DNA of 64,000 nt from contig JANWKV010000017.1 of the NCBI GenBank assembly GCA_025451195.1, forward strand, positions 2,471-66,470, read 5' to 3'. Source of the stretch: Candidatus Microgenomates bacterium. Its GTDB lineage: Bacteria; Patescibacteriota; Microgenomatia; Levybacterales; UBA12049. Positions 1-9,468 of the stretch are shown here, piece by piece. Numbering within the stretch: position 1 is the stretch's first letter; each line of letters opens with the position of its first letter. A model generated the notes under the pieces. That model made no database searches. It was not told where the DNA came from and saw only the letters and a program-made list of their open reading frames with translations. The translations under genes and the position numbers were made by a program.

Positions 1-708
1 TTGCCCGGTTTCAGGGAGGGCAAAGCGCCAAAAGCGCTGGTTGAAAAAAACCTTGACCAGGAGAAAATAAAAGAAGAAGTCCTAAAAAAAATACTCCCAA
101 AAACTTATCTTGACGCGGTAAAGAAACACAAATTAAATCCTATAATTAATCCAAAAATCCATGTGGAGAAACTGGAAAATGGAAAAGACTGGACATTTAA
201 CGCAATCACATGTGAAGTACCTGTTATAGAATTAAATGATTATAAAAGTGCAATAAAAGGGGTTACCGCAAAAAGTAAGATAGTTATGCCGGGTAAAACA
301 AATACCCCGGCCAATTTTGACGAAATTGTAAATGCAATGCTTTCAAAAATTGATGCTAAAATTCCAAAAATCTTAACAGAAGGAGAGGTCGATAGACTGT
401 TGTCACAACTTTTAGATGAGATAAAAAAGCTCGGACTCACTCTTGACCAATATCTGGCGTCAAGCGGAAAAACTGTTGATCAACTAAGAGGGGATTACGC
501 GTTAAAAGCCCAGAACGATATTAAGCTTGAATTTGCTCTGCAAAAAATTGCAGATGAGGAAAAAATTACCGTTTCCCAAAAAGAAATAGACGAGGCACTC
601 CAAAAAGCAAAAGATGAGACAGAAAGAAAGCAACTCGAAGCAAATGTTTATCTCTTGGCTAACATTATCCGCCAGCAAAAGACACTTGATTTTTTAAAAA
701 GCCTGTAG
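1..708 (+). CDS. tig: Trigger factor (peptidyl-prolyl isomerase chaperone), C-terminal part; 5'-truncated by the window edge
   Basis: The ORF runs in from the window start. Its C-terminal arm/helical domain resembles trigger factor (…KLNPIINPKIHVEK…, LLDEIKKLGLTLDQYL, LQKAKDETERKQLE). Confidence 0.65.
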   Translation: MPGFREGKAPKALVEKNLDQEKIKEEVLKKILPKTYLDAVKKHKLNPIINPKIHVEKLENGKDWTFNAITCEVPVIELNDYKSAIKGVTAKSKIVMPGKTNTPANFDEIVNAMLSKIDAKIPKILTEGEVDRLLSQLLDEIKKLGLTLDQYLASSGKTVDQLRGDYALKAQNDIKLEFALQKIADEEKITVSQKEIDEALQKAKDETERKQLEANVYLLANIIRQQKTLDFLKSL

Positions 709-723
709 TAAAATATAGCTAGC

Positions 724-1401
724 ATGTTACTTCAATCAGACGACGACAAGAAAAAAAAGAAGAAGCTTAAGCCTACTTATAACAATCCTTTTGAAGCGTT
801 TCAGGATATCGGACGAGGAATGGCAGACCAAACTAAAAATCAGTTTACAGAAGGAGCAAAAACTGCAGTTAACCAGATACTCTTTGGAGGAGAAAAACCT
901 CAGCAACATGGAGAACTTATGCCGGGGCAGGAATTTGATTTAAAAGCCCATGAAGAAAATAAAAAAATAGAAGCTCAGGCACACAATATAGAACCCGGAA
1001 TCAACTATGTTGGGGAAATTTTAAAAAGCCACGAGAATGTAGAATCGGAAGAAACAAAAGATTTACAAAAAGATATACAGAATCTTATTCTAGAAATTAA
1101 AAGTCTAGCAGGAGCAACTAACCAACTTGAAAAACAAGTAACAGAAGCAACGGGGCAAATTGTTGTGAGTCCAGGAAAATACCACAAATCATTTTTCCGC
1201 TGGGTATTTTCTGTTATTCGCGACGCAAGGACAAAAATAGACAGCGCAGGATCTTTTTTAACGGCCATGAAGGGCAAACAGCAAAAAGGGCTTATGATGG
1301 GTAAATCCAAAAAAACAAATTACTGGGATATGGCAGAAGAGCACGGCATGGTAAACTTCACTTTATCCGGCGAACGCGCAGTTTCAAATCAGGTAGGATA
1401 A
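724..1401 (+). CDS. Hypothetical protein, 225 aa, with a Lys-rich N-terminus
   Basis: Intact ORF directly downstream of tig. No recognisable motif. Confidence 0.4.
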   Translation: MLLQSDDDKKKKKKLKPTYNNPFEAFQDIGRGMADQTKNQFTEGAKTAVNQILFGGEKPQQHGELMPGQEFDLKAHEENKKIEAQAHNIEPGINYVGEILKSHENVESEETKDLQKDIQNLILEIKSLAGATNQLEKQVTEATGQIVVSPGKYHKSFFRWVFSVIRDARTKIDSAGSFLTAMKGKQQKGLMMGKSKKTNYWDMAEEHGMVNFTLSGERAVSNQVG

Positions 1402-1525
1402 TTTTATCTTCAAACTCAATCTAATTTCTGGTATAATTTAACACACTCGAAGCTATAACTTAGTTGGATAGCGGTCGCCTAAGACGACAAGTCAATAAGC
1501 AGAGTTTGAAATTACAAATTAATGA

Positions 1526-1599
1526 GGGCGGTTAGCTCAGTTGGCTAGAGCGTTACATTGACATTGTAAAGGTCACTGGTTCGAGCCCAGTATCGCCCA
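1526..1599 (+). tRNA. tRNA-Val (anticodon GAC)
   Basis: Cloverleaf: acceptor GGGCGGT/ATCGCCC (one G·U); D-arm GCTCAGTTGGCTAGAGC; anticodon stem TTACA/TGTAA with loop TTGACAT (GAC); T-arm ACTGGTTCGAGCCCAGT; discriminator A. CCA is not encoded. Confidence 0.85.
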
Positions 1600-1716
1600 C
1601 ACTATTGACAAACTGTTTTTTTATTTGTATCATTAAAAAAATGAAAAGCGCAAATATTGTATTAACAACAACTACAACACCTTTTTAGAGGGGGCTGTAG
1701 TTTATGTGCAAATTAC

Positions 1717-1739
1717 GACCTCCGCAAGGAGGTTTTTTT
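1717..1739 (+). terminator. Rho-independent terminator (CCTCC-GCAA-GGAGG followed by T7)
   Basis: A GC stem, a 4-nt loop and a 7-T run lie about 120 nt after tRNA-Val. Confidence 0.55.
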
Positions 1740-1826
1740 GTGGTTTACCCTCTGTCGCTAAAGCTATGGAGGGTTCAGAAACTCTAAAACTCGTGAAACT
1801 CGTTAAGAGTTTATAGAAAAAACGAT

Positions 1827-2744
1827 ATGAAACACATAAAAATAATGAAATTTGGGGGAGCGTCTTTAGCAAATGGGGAAAGAATTCTCCGCGTGGCAAA
1901 GATTGTCAAGAAAATGAATAAGAAAGCCAGCTTAGTCATTGTTGTATCTGCTATGTCAAACGTTACAGACGCATTAATATCTGTATTTAGCAAATATAAA
2001 GAAGGGGATATTTCAAGCGCGTTTGATGAAATGAAATACTTATATGAAATTCATAGTAATGCTTTGTTATATTTTAAATTAGGGAAGAAGGAGAATGATC
2101 TTGCAAATCTAGTACTAAGAAACTTATTTGGAAATTTAAGTTTATATTTGACTCTTCATAGAGAATATAGCATTGCGAATTACGATTATGTTGTTTCATT
2201 TGGAGAAAGATTTAGCGCGTGTCTCGTAAGTTTTGCTCTAATTGAAAAAAATGCAAACGCAGTAGCAATTGACGGCTCATCTGTTATTATTGCAAATCAC
2301 AAATTTAATAACGCAAAAGCGTTATTGGAAGATACAAGGAAAGCGGCTGTGAAAAAATTGCTTCCACTTCTCAAAAGGGATTTTATACCTGTTGTCACTG
2401 GTTTTTTTGCTGCAAATAAAAAAGGCTCTGTTGTTACTTTGGGACGGGGAGGATCAGATTATAGCGCCACTGTTTTAGCAAATGCACTTGATGCTAAGGA
2501 GGTTATCTTATGGAAAGAGGTAAACGGAGTATTCAGTTGTGATCCAAAAAATAATTCACAGGCTATATTTTACCCAAAGCTTTCTTATGAAAAAGCTTCG
2601 GAACTCGCAAAAAATGGAGCAAAAATTTTACATCCTGAGGCTATGAAACCGGTTTCTTCCAAAAAAATTGTTGTTTGGGTTAAAAATACTTTTAATCCAA
2701 AATTCGCAGGGACTAAAATTTATAGCATGGAGGAAAACATATGA
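1827..2744 (+). CDS. lysC: Aspartate kinase; short form (305 aa) without obvious ACT regulatory domains
   Basis: Amino-acid kinase fold: KFGGASL…VVSAMSNVTDAL, GRGGSDYSAT. First gene of an asp-to-thr cluster. Confidence 0.8.
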   Translation: MKHIKIMKFGGASLANGERILRVAKIVKKMNKKASLVIVVSAMSNVTDALISVFSKYKEGDISSAFDEMKYLYEIHSNALLYFKLGKKENDLANLVLRNLFGNLSLYLTLHREYSIANYDYVVSFGERFSACLVSFALIEKNANAVAIDGSSVIIANHKFNNAKALLEDTRKAAVKKLLPLLKRDFIPVVTGFFAANKKGSVVTLGRGGSDYSATVLANALDAKEVILWKEVNGVFSCDPKNNSQAIFYPKLSYEKASELAKNGAKILHPEAMKPVSSKKIVVWVKNTFNPKFAGTKIYSMEENI

Positions 2745-3739
2745 AAAATCTTTACTTAATACACCTAGGCATTGGTCATGTTGGATCGGAATTGGTTTCC
2801 CAAATTGAAAGACAAAATGAAAAAATCTCGAAAATTTTTGGTGTTAATCTTGTGTATAAAAATAAATTTACTTCGAAAAATTCTGAGGAGGAAATAAATA
2901 AATCAATTCAATCTGTTTCTTTACCTTTTGTAATAATTGACACAACATCTTCTGATAAAACTACTCCATACATTCTGTCTGCCTTAAACCGCGGGGGATT
3001 TATCGTATTGGCTAACAAAAGACTGCTTGCAGGAAAACTTAAAGACTTTCAGGAAATTTATAAATATGGATACAAAAGGATTTTACACGAAACAACAGTT
3101 GGTGCTGGACTTCCTGTTATTGAAACCATTAGGCAAATGATTTCAACCGGTGATGAAATAATTTCTATAAACGGATGCTTTAGCGGAACGCTTGGATTTA
3201 TTTGTTCGGAAATCGAAAAGGGGAGAAAATTTTCCGATGCTGTTTTTGAAGCCAAGCAAAAAGGGTTTACAGAATTTGATCCCAGGGAAGACCTATCTGG
3301 TAATGATGTTGCCAGAAAAGTATTAATTTTGGCAAGAATGATGGGTAAAAAAATAGAACCGGAACAGATTAATATTGAGCCTTTATATCCAAAAATGTTA
3401 GCAAAATGTAGCGTTGAGGAGTTTATGGAAAAAGTTAAAATTCTTGATGAAGAATACAAAGAAAAGGTTGAAAAAGCTGTAAAAAAAGACAAAGTACTTC
3501 GATTTGTCGCTGGAATATCAGAAAAAGGGTGTTTTGCCAAATTAACAGAAGTGGAGAAAAAAAGCGCGATTGGATCACTTGAAGGACCAGATAACATAAT
3601 TGTTATTAAAACCAAAAGATACTTTAACCGGCCAATTATTATTCAGGGCCAGGGCGCCGGAGTAGAAGTAACCGCGGCCGGTGTTTTTGGAGATATTTTG
3701 TTGATTGTAAAAAGTATTGGAGGGACCGAAAGCGTATGA
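2741..3739 (+). CDS. hom: Homoserine dehydrogenase
   Basis: N-terminal Rossmann GIGHVGS and a homoserine dehydrogenase catalytic domain (…TVGAGLPVI…, GAGVEVTAAGVFGD). Its start overlaps the lysC stop by 4 bp. Confidence 0.85.
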   Translation: MKNLYLIHLGIGHVGSELVSQIERQNEKISKIFGVNLVYKNKFTSKNSEEEINKSIQSVSLPFVIIDTTSSDKTTPYILSALNRGGFIVLANKRLLAGKLKDFQEIYKYGYKRILHETTVGAGLPVIETIRQMISTGDEIISINGCFSGTLGFICSEIEKGRKFSDAVFEAKQKGFTEFDPREDLSGNDVARKVLILARMMGKKIEPEQINIEPLYPKMLAKCSVEEFMEKVKILDEEYKEKVEKAVKKDKVLRFVAGISEKGCFAKLTEVEKKSAIGSLEGPDNIIVIKTKRYFNRPIIIQGQGAGVEVTAAGVFGDILLIVKSIGGTESV

Positions 3740-4809
3740 AAAAAATAAGAGTTGGAATACTCGGAGCAACAGGAATGGTGGGACAAAGATTTATTCAGCT
3801 GCTTGAAAACCATCCGTGGTTTGAAATCAATTGCGTTGCAGCATCACCTCAATCTGCGGGGGAAAAATATGCCGACGTTGTTTCCAAACGTTGGTGCTTT
3901 AATTCCAAAATACCCCGTGCAGTGAAAAATTTAAAAATTTATGCGGTAATTGAGGATATTATAAAAATTACAAAATTGGTAGATTTTGTTTTTTGCGCAT
4001 TGGATTTGGAAAAAGATGAGATCAGAAAAATCGAAGAAAAATATGCAAGTCTTGGAATACCTGTTGTGTCAAACAATTCCGCAAACAGATGGACCAAAGA
4101 CATCCCGATGATAATGCCGGAAATTAATCCAAATCATATAAAACTTATTGATATCCAGAAAAAAAATAGAGGTTGGAAAAAAGGATTCATTGCTGTCAAA
4201 CCGAACTGTTCAATTCAATCGTATGTATCCATCTTAACAGCATTGAAAGATTTTTTACCAAAAAAAATTAATGTTGTCAGTCTTCAAGCAATATCTGGAG
4301 CAGGAAAAACTTTTAAATCTTGGCCGGAGATGGTCGACAATTTAATTCCATTTATAGGAGGGGAAGAGGAAAAATCGGAAAAAGAACCTCTTAAGATCTG
4401 GGGAAAATTAAAAAATGGAAAAATTGAACAAGAGCGTCTAAAAATTTCCGCGACTTGCATAAGGGTACCCGCCTCTGATGGGCATATGGTTTCTGCCAGT
4501 GTAAAATTTGTGAAAAAACCATCAAAGAATGAGTTTATAGAAGCAGTTTTAAACTTCAATCCCCTTGAAAAATTAAATTTGCCCTCTTCACCCAAACAAC
4601 TTATTACATATTTTGAAGAGGAAAATTTTCCGCAAACTAATTTGCATAGAAATTTGGAAAATGGAATGGGAATTTCCATGGGAAGATTGCGGGAAGACAA
4701 TGATTTTGATTATAAATTTATTGCACTTTCCCACAATACAATCCGAGGAGCAGCAGGTGGAGCAATTTTAACTGCCGAACTTTTAGTTAGGAAAGGATAC
4801 ATTTTATGA
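3736..4809 (+). CDS. asd: Aspartate-semialdehyde dehydrogenase
   Basis: VGILGATGMVGQRF Rossmann fold; Asd-type C-terminal domain (…IALSHNTIRGAAGGAIL). Confidence 0.85.
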   Translation: MKKIRVGILGATGMVGQRFIQLLENHPWFEINCVAASPQSAGEKYADVVSKRWCFNSKIPRAVKNLKIYAVIEDIIKITKLVDFVFCALDLEKDEIRKIEEKYASLGIPVVSNNSANRWTKDIPMIMPEINPNHIKLIDIQKKNRGWKKGFIAVKPNCSIQSYVSILTALKDFLPKKINVVSLQAISGAGKTFKSWPEMVDNLIPFIGGEEEKSEKEPLKIWGKLKNGKIEQERLKISATCIRVPASDGHMVSASVKFVKKPSKNEFIEAVLNFNPLEKLNLPSSPKQLITYFEEENFPQTNLHRNLENGMGISMGRLREDNDFDYKFIALSHNTIRGAAGGAILTAELLVRKGYIL

Positions 4810-5441
4810 TAATTTCTTTTATTGGAATGTCCGGCGTTGGAAAAACATATTGGTCAAAAAAACTTGAAAAAAAGGGATTTAAGCGGTTTTGCGTGGACGA
4901 AATGATTGAGGAAAAACTAAAATCCGATCTTAAAAAATTTGGATATAAAGGAATTAAAGACGTCGCAAAATGGATGGGTCAACCTCTTGATAACAAGTAT
5001 AAGCAAACAAGTAAAAAATATCTTAAGTTTGAGGAAGAGGTTATGCAAGAAATTATTAACTATTTAGAAACAAGGACAAATAGCGAAAGAGTTGTTGTAG
5101 ATACCACTGGCAGTTTAATTTATACAGATAAATCTTTGCAAAGACACCTAGCTAAAAATTCAAAGGTTGTATATTTACATGCTCCAAAATCTGTAAAAAG
5201 AGAAATGGTTATCCGTTACGTTAAAGAGCCAAAACCAATATATTGGGGAAATTTAGCTAAAAATAAGAAAGTCCACAAAACACGAGAATTTCTTATTAAA
5301 GAATACCCAAAGCTTTTGGAATATAGAACAAAAAAATATCAGAAAATTGCTGAGATTTTCTTTGATTATCATTTAATAAGGCATAAAAATTTTACAGAAG
5401 ATGTTTTAATAGATGTTTTAAAAAAATATGATCAAATATAA
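4806..5441 (+). CDS. P-loop NMP/shikimate-kinase-fold small-molecule kinase; sits in the position normally held by homoserine kinase
   Basis: Walker A ISFIGMSGVGKTY at the N-terminus. 211 aa. Overlaps asd and thrC by 4 and 14 bp. Confidence 0.6.
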   Translation: MIISFIGMSGVGKTYWSKKLEKKGFKRFCVDEMIEEKLKSDLKKFGYKGIKDVAKWMGQPLDNKYKQTSKKYLKFEEEVMQEIINYLETRTNSERVVVDTTGSLIYTDKSLQRHLAKNSKVVYLHAPKSVKREMVIRYVKEPKPIYWGNLAKNKKVHKTREFLIKEYPKLLEYRTKKYQKIAEIFFDYHLIRHKNFTEDVLIDVLKKYDQI

Positions 5442-6963
5442 AAGCACTAGGGGATACAAAAAAATATTTACGTTTTCAGAAGCAATTCTAAAAGGAATTG
5501 CCCCAGACGGAGGGCTTTTTGTGCCGGAAAGAATTCCACAATTTTCCTTGATTGATTTAAAAAATCTACAAAGCAAATCATACGACCAAGTTGCAAATTT
5601 TGTGATAAATCTTTTTGAACCGGACTTTTCAAAAAAAGAAATAGCACGAATGACGAAAAAAGCTTACGCCTACGGCGAAAATTTTGATGATAAAGAGATT
5701 GCACCTATTGTGCATTTAAAAGAAAATCAATATATTTTAGAACTTTGGCACGGATCAACATGGGCATTTAAAGACATGGCCTTGCAATTAATGCCCTTGC
5801 TTTTTTCTTATGCGATAAAAAAGGATAACAAAAAGCGCGTCTCAAGAAAAGAAAAACCACTCCAATACCTTATACTTGTTGCAACATCAGGTGATACGGG
5901 AAAAGCAGCTCTAGAAGGCTACAAGAGTAAGGACGACATTTCAATTATTGTTCTATTCCCAGATAAAAAAATCTCTTCAATTCAAGAGTTATCAATGACA
6001 ACCCAAGAGGGAAATAATCTTGCCGTGTATCCATTGCTTGGTAATTTTGACGACACTCAGAGGATTGTTAAAGAAATTTTTGATGATAAAAAATTCAACA
6101 AAAAGCTATTTAATGATTTTCAGACTACATTAAGTTCGGGTAATTCAATTAACTGGGGTCGCTTTCTCCCGCAAGTTATATACCATATAAGCAGCTATGT
6201 TAACTTAATAAGTCAGAATGTTATAAAAATTGGCGATGAGATTGATATTGTAGTTCCAACTGGAAATTTTGGAAATATTCTGGCAGGTTTTATTGCAAAA
6301 AAAATGGGCTTACCAATTAGAAAACTTGTTTGTGCATCAAATGATAACAATGTTTTATCAGAATTCATTCAAACAGGTAATTATGACCTTACTAAAAGAA
6401 AACTTGTGGTAACTTCGAGTCCTTCAATTGATATTCTCGTTGCAAGCAATTTAGAAAGACTTTTATATTTAATAACAAACAATTCTAATAAGATTAAACT
6501 ATGGATGAGGCAGTTAAAGTCAAAAAAGAAGTTTTTTGTAGATGACAATACTAAAAAGGTTTTGCAAAAAGAATTTTATGCGGACTGGGTTTCTGATAAA
6601 GATTCTTTAGAAAATATAAAAAATATTTTTGAACAATGTGATCGTCTGATTGACCCACATACGTCTATTGCGCAAAAAGTTGCTCAAGAATACATCAATA
6701 ATTACAACGTTAAATTGCCAATAATCATTCACTCAACAGCACACTTTGCAAAATTTGCAAGCGCGGTTTATTCAAGCTTATTTAGAAACAATCCAGAAAA
6801 ATTAAGTGAATTTGAGATGCTTAAAGCAATCAAAAAGTTATCAAAAAAAATTAAAATTCCTAGAAATATAGAAGATTTAAAGTCAAAAAAAATAATTCAT
6901 AAAGGAATATTAAATTCAAATAAAAAGGATGCCGAACGTGCTATTATTAGCATATTAAACTGA
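5428..6963 (+). CDS. thrC: Threonine synthase (long, 511 aa, PLP-dependent)
   Basis: N-terminus KYKSTRGY…GGLFVPE typical of ThrC; the pyridoxal-phosphate lysine lies in the WHGSTWAFKD context. Confidence 0.85.
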   Translation: MIKYKSTRGYKKIFTFSEAILKGIAPDGGLFVPERIPQFSLIDLKNLQSKSYDQVANFVINLFEPDFSKKEIARMTKKAYAYGENFDDKEIAPIVHLKENQYILELWHGSTWAFKDMALQLMPLLFSYAIKKDNKKRVSRKEKPLQYLILVATSGDTGKAALEGYKSKDDISIIVLFPDKKISSIQELSMTTQEGNNLAVYPLLGNFDDTQRIVKEIFDDKKFNKKLFNDFQTTLSSGNSINWGRFLPQVIYHISSYVNLISQNVIKIGDEIDIVVPTGNFGNILAGFIAKKMGLPIRKLVCASNDNNVLSEFIQTGNYDLTKRKLVVTSSPSIDILVASNLERLLYLITNNSNKIKLWMRQLKSKKKFFVDDNTKKVLQKEFYADWVSDKDSLENIKNIFEQCDRLIDPHTSIAQKVAQEYINNYNVKLPIIIHSTAHFAKFASAVYSSLFRNNPEKLSEFEMLKAIKKLSKKIKIPRNIEDLKSKKIIHKGILNSNKKDAERAIISILN

Positions 6964-7685
6964 TGAGAAATAAAATGAAACACATTGGAATTGCGGGAAT
7001 TACAGTGCCAGGTTCTCTACTTTGTATTAATACAATAGTTGAAGAAAGTTATAAACATTTTGGAAAAAAATCCATGATTCATCCCAGAATAACTTATACT
7101 AATCCTCCCTTTATTGACGTAGAAAAACCAATGGTGGAAAAAAAATGGGATCAAGTTGCGAAAGACTTATTGCTTTCTATTGATATTTTATATAGGGCTG
7201 GAGCTGATTTTGTTATTATTCCATCAAACCACCCTCATTACGCGATTGAAGAAATTCAACGAAAATCTCCTATTCCAGTTCTTAGCATTCTCGATATAAC
7301 TACTGCGGAATGCAGAAAAAGAAAGTTTAAAAAAGTAGGAATTTTGGGTGTAATTGGAACAATGGCCGGTGGACTATATATAGAACCGCTCAAAAAACAA
7401 GGACTTGAACCTTTGAATTTATCGCCTAAAAGGCAAAAAGAATTTAGTGATTTGATTTTCAATGAAATTATAATCGGCAAACCAGATAAAACAATCGGGG
7501 ATAAGATGCGAATTTTTATTCAAGAACTTAAAGATATGGGGGCAGATAGTTTTATAGCAGGTTGCACAGAGATACCTGTTGTTATTGCCAGCGAAAGTGA
7601 ATCACCTTTACCTTTTATCGATACGACAAGACTTTTGGCAAAAAAAGCATTAGAATACGCAATAGAAACAAAGCAAGAGAACTAG
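6963..7685 (+). CDS. Asp/Glu/hydantoin racemase-family protein (aspartate racemase-like)
   Basis: Asp_Glu_race fold. The first catalytic-Cys position reads PSNHPH (Ser, not Cys). The second, AGCTEIPVV, is intact. Confidence 0.65.
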   Translation: MRNKMKHIGIAGITVPGSLLCINTIVEESYKHFGKKSMIHPRITYTNPPFIDVEKPMVEKKWDQVAKDLLLSIDILYRAGADFVIIPSNHPHYAIEEIQRKSPIPVLSILDITTAECRKRKFKKVGILGVIGTMAGGLYIEPLKKQGLEPLNLSPKRQKEFSDLIFNEIIIGKPDKTIGDKMRIFIQELKDMGADSFIAGCTEIPVVIASESESPLPFIDTTRLLAKKALEYAIETKQEN

Positions 7686-7698
7686 TATAATATTACTT

Positions 7699-9468
7699 AT
7701 GGATAATCAAGATAAACAAAAATTAGAACATCTCAGACATTCCAGCGCCCATCTTTTAGCTGCAGCTGTAATTGACATTTGGCCACACGCCAAACAAACA
7801 ATCGGACCTGCGATAGAAAACGGGTTTTATGAGGATTTGGATTTGGGAGATATAAAAATTTCAGAGAAAGATTTTCCAAAAATTGAGCAGAAAATGCATG
7901 AAATAGTTAAAGGCTGGAAACAATTTGAAAGGATTGAAGTAAATAAAGAAGAGGCGTTAAAAGCTTTTTCAAAAAATGAATATAAACACGAACTCATTGA
8001 AGAATTTGCCAAGGATGGCAAAATCTTAACTATTTATAAATCAGGAGATTATGTAGATCTTTGCCGCGGAGGGCATGATATGGATCCGTCAAAAGATATT
8101 AAACATTTTAAACTTACGAAAATTGCCGGAGCATACTGGCGGGGATCGGAAAAGAACAAAATGTTAACAAGAATCTACGGGACTGCTTTTTATACAAAAG
8201 AAGATTTGGATAATTACTTAAAAATGCAGGAAGAAGCCGAAAAAAGAGATCATAAAAAAATAGGAAAAGAACTTGAGCTTTTTATATTTTCAGAAACATC
8301 TCCCGGGATGCCATATTTCTTGCCAAAGGGACTAATTGTTTTTAATGGACTACTAAATTTTTCAAGAAAAATGCATAAAGACTTTGGTTATGACGAAATC
8401 ATGACGCCTGTTATGTCCAAAAAGGCATTATACGAATCCTCCGGGCATTGGTTTCATTACAGAGAAGATATGTTTATTTCTCCAATGAGTTATCTTCGCA
8501 AGGATTCAAAAGACCCGTACGAGGGACAGGAAGTATTTGGCATAAAGCCCATGAATTGTCCCAATGCAATGACTGTTTTTGGATCAAAAACGCGAAGCTA
8601 CAGGGATTTGCCGATGCGGCTTGCAGAGACAACTGTTCTCCATAGATTTGAGCTTTCAGGAACACTGAATGGACTTTTTAGAGCAAGGGAATTTCATCAG
8701 GATGATTCTCATACATTTTTAGCGATTTCTCAAGTGGGGGAAGAGTTTGAAAAAATAATGGAAATGATTTCAATCTCTTATAGAGCATTTAATTTAAAAT
8801 ACAAGCTTAGATTTGGTACCAGACCGGAGAATTTTATGGGAGAGAGTAAAGACTGGGACATCGCAGAAAAAGAACTGCAAAAAGTTTTGGACAAATCCGG
8901 AGTTGAGTATTTTGTCGCCGAAGGTGAGGGAGCATTTTACGGACCAAAGGTAGATATTCTCATGAAGGATTCACTAGGCAGGGAATGGCAAACAGGTACA
9001 ATTCAACTTGATTTTCAGCAACCGAAGAATTTTAAACTTAAATATACAGATAACGAAGGTAAAGAAATTCAACCTGTTGTTTTCCATAAGGCAATTCTTG
9101 GATCGTTTGAGAGATTTATGGCTATTATTATTGAAGACTTGGAGGGTAAATTACCATTATGGCTTTCGCCTGTTCAGGTAGCGCTTTTGCCAATTACGGA
9201 CAGACACGAAGAATTTGCGAAAACCATAAGCGATCAACTAAAAACTATGGGCATTCGGACCATTGTTGACAGCAGCAAGGAAAGGCTTCAGGCCAAAATT
9301 CGTAACCACACTTTACAACGAACCCCGATTTTAGGTATAATAGGAGATAAAGAAATTGAGCAGAATGGTCTTTCCGTCAGAAGTAGAGATGGAAAAGACT
9401 TGGGGTTTCAAAAAATTGACGATTTTGTAGGTTTTTTACAAACACAAATTGATAAAAAGGTTTCATAG
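7699..9468 (+). CDS. thrS: Threonyl-tRNA synthetase (no N-terminal TGS domain)
   Basis: HSSAHLLA editing-domain motif, class II catalytic core, C-terminal anticodon-binding domain. Confidence 0.9.
   Translation: MDNQDKQKLEHLRHSSAHLLAAAVIDIWPHAKQTIGPAIENGFYEDLDLGDIKISEKDFPKIEQKMHEIVKGWKQFERIEVNKEEALKAFSKNEYKHELIEEFAKDGKILTIYKSGDYVDLCRGGHDMDPSKDIKHFKLTKIAGAYWRGSEKNKMLTRIYGTAFYTKEDLDNYLKMQEEAEKRDHKKIGKELELFIFSETSPGMPYFLPKGLIVFNGLLNFSRKMHKDFGYDEIMTPVMSKKALYESSGHWFHYREDMFISPMSYLRKDSKDPYEGQEVFGIKPMNCPNAMTVFGSKTRSYRDLPMRLAETTVLHRFELSGTLNGLFRAREFHQDDSHTFLAISQVGEEFEKIMEMISISYRAFNLKYKLRFGTRPENFMGESKDWDIAEKELQKVLDKSGVEYFVAEGEGAFYGPKVDILMKDSLGREWQTGTIQLDFQQPKNFKLKYTDNEGKEIQPVVFHKAILGSFERFMAIIIEDLEGKLPLWLSPVQVALLPITDRHEEFAKTISDQLKTMGIRTIVDSSKERLQAKIRNHTLQRTPILGIIGDKEIEQNGLSVRSRDGKDLGFQKIDDFVGFLQTQIDKKVS

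Noticed and set aside
724-1401. Attempt to assign a function (ClpP/ClpX, as expected after tig) to the 225-aa ORF
   Set aside because: There is no Ser-His-Asp ClpP triad context and no AAA+ motif. The sequence is low-complexity, Lys/Glu/Gln-rich and unrecognisable, so it is left as hypothetical.
1446-1500. tRNA-like fragment (…AGCTATAACTTAGTTGGATAGCGGTCGCCTAAGACGAC…) upstream of tRNA-Val
   Set aside because: It has a D-loop-like TAGTTGGATAG, but no acceptor stem, anticodon arm or T-arm can be folded. It is not a tRNA, at most a degenerate remnant.
1640-1826. Lysine riboswitch (L-box) upstream of lysC
   Set aside because: The available space between promoter and ATG is <190 nt, a terminator sits in its middle, and no L-box core motifs (AGAGGNGC…GGAG…) were seen.
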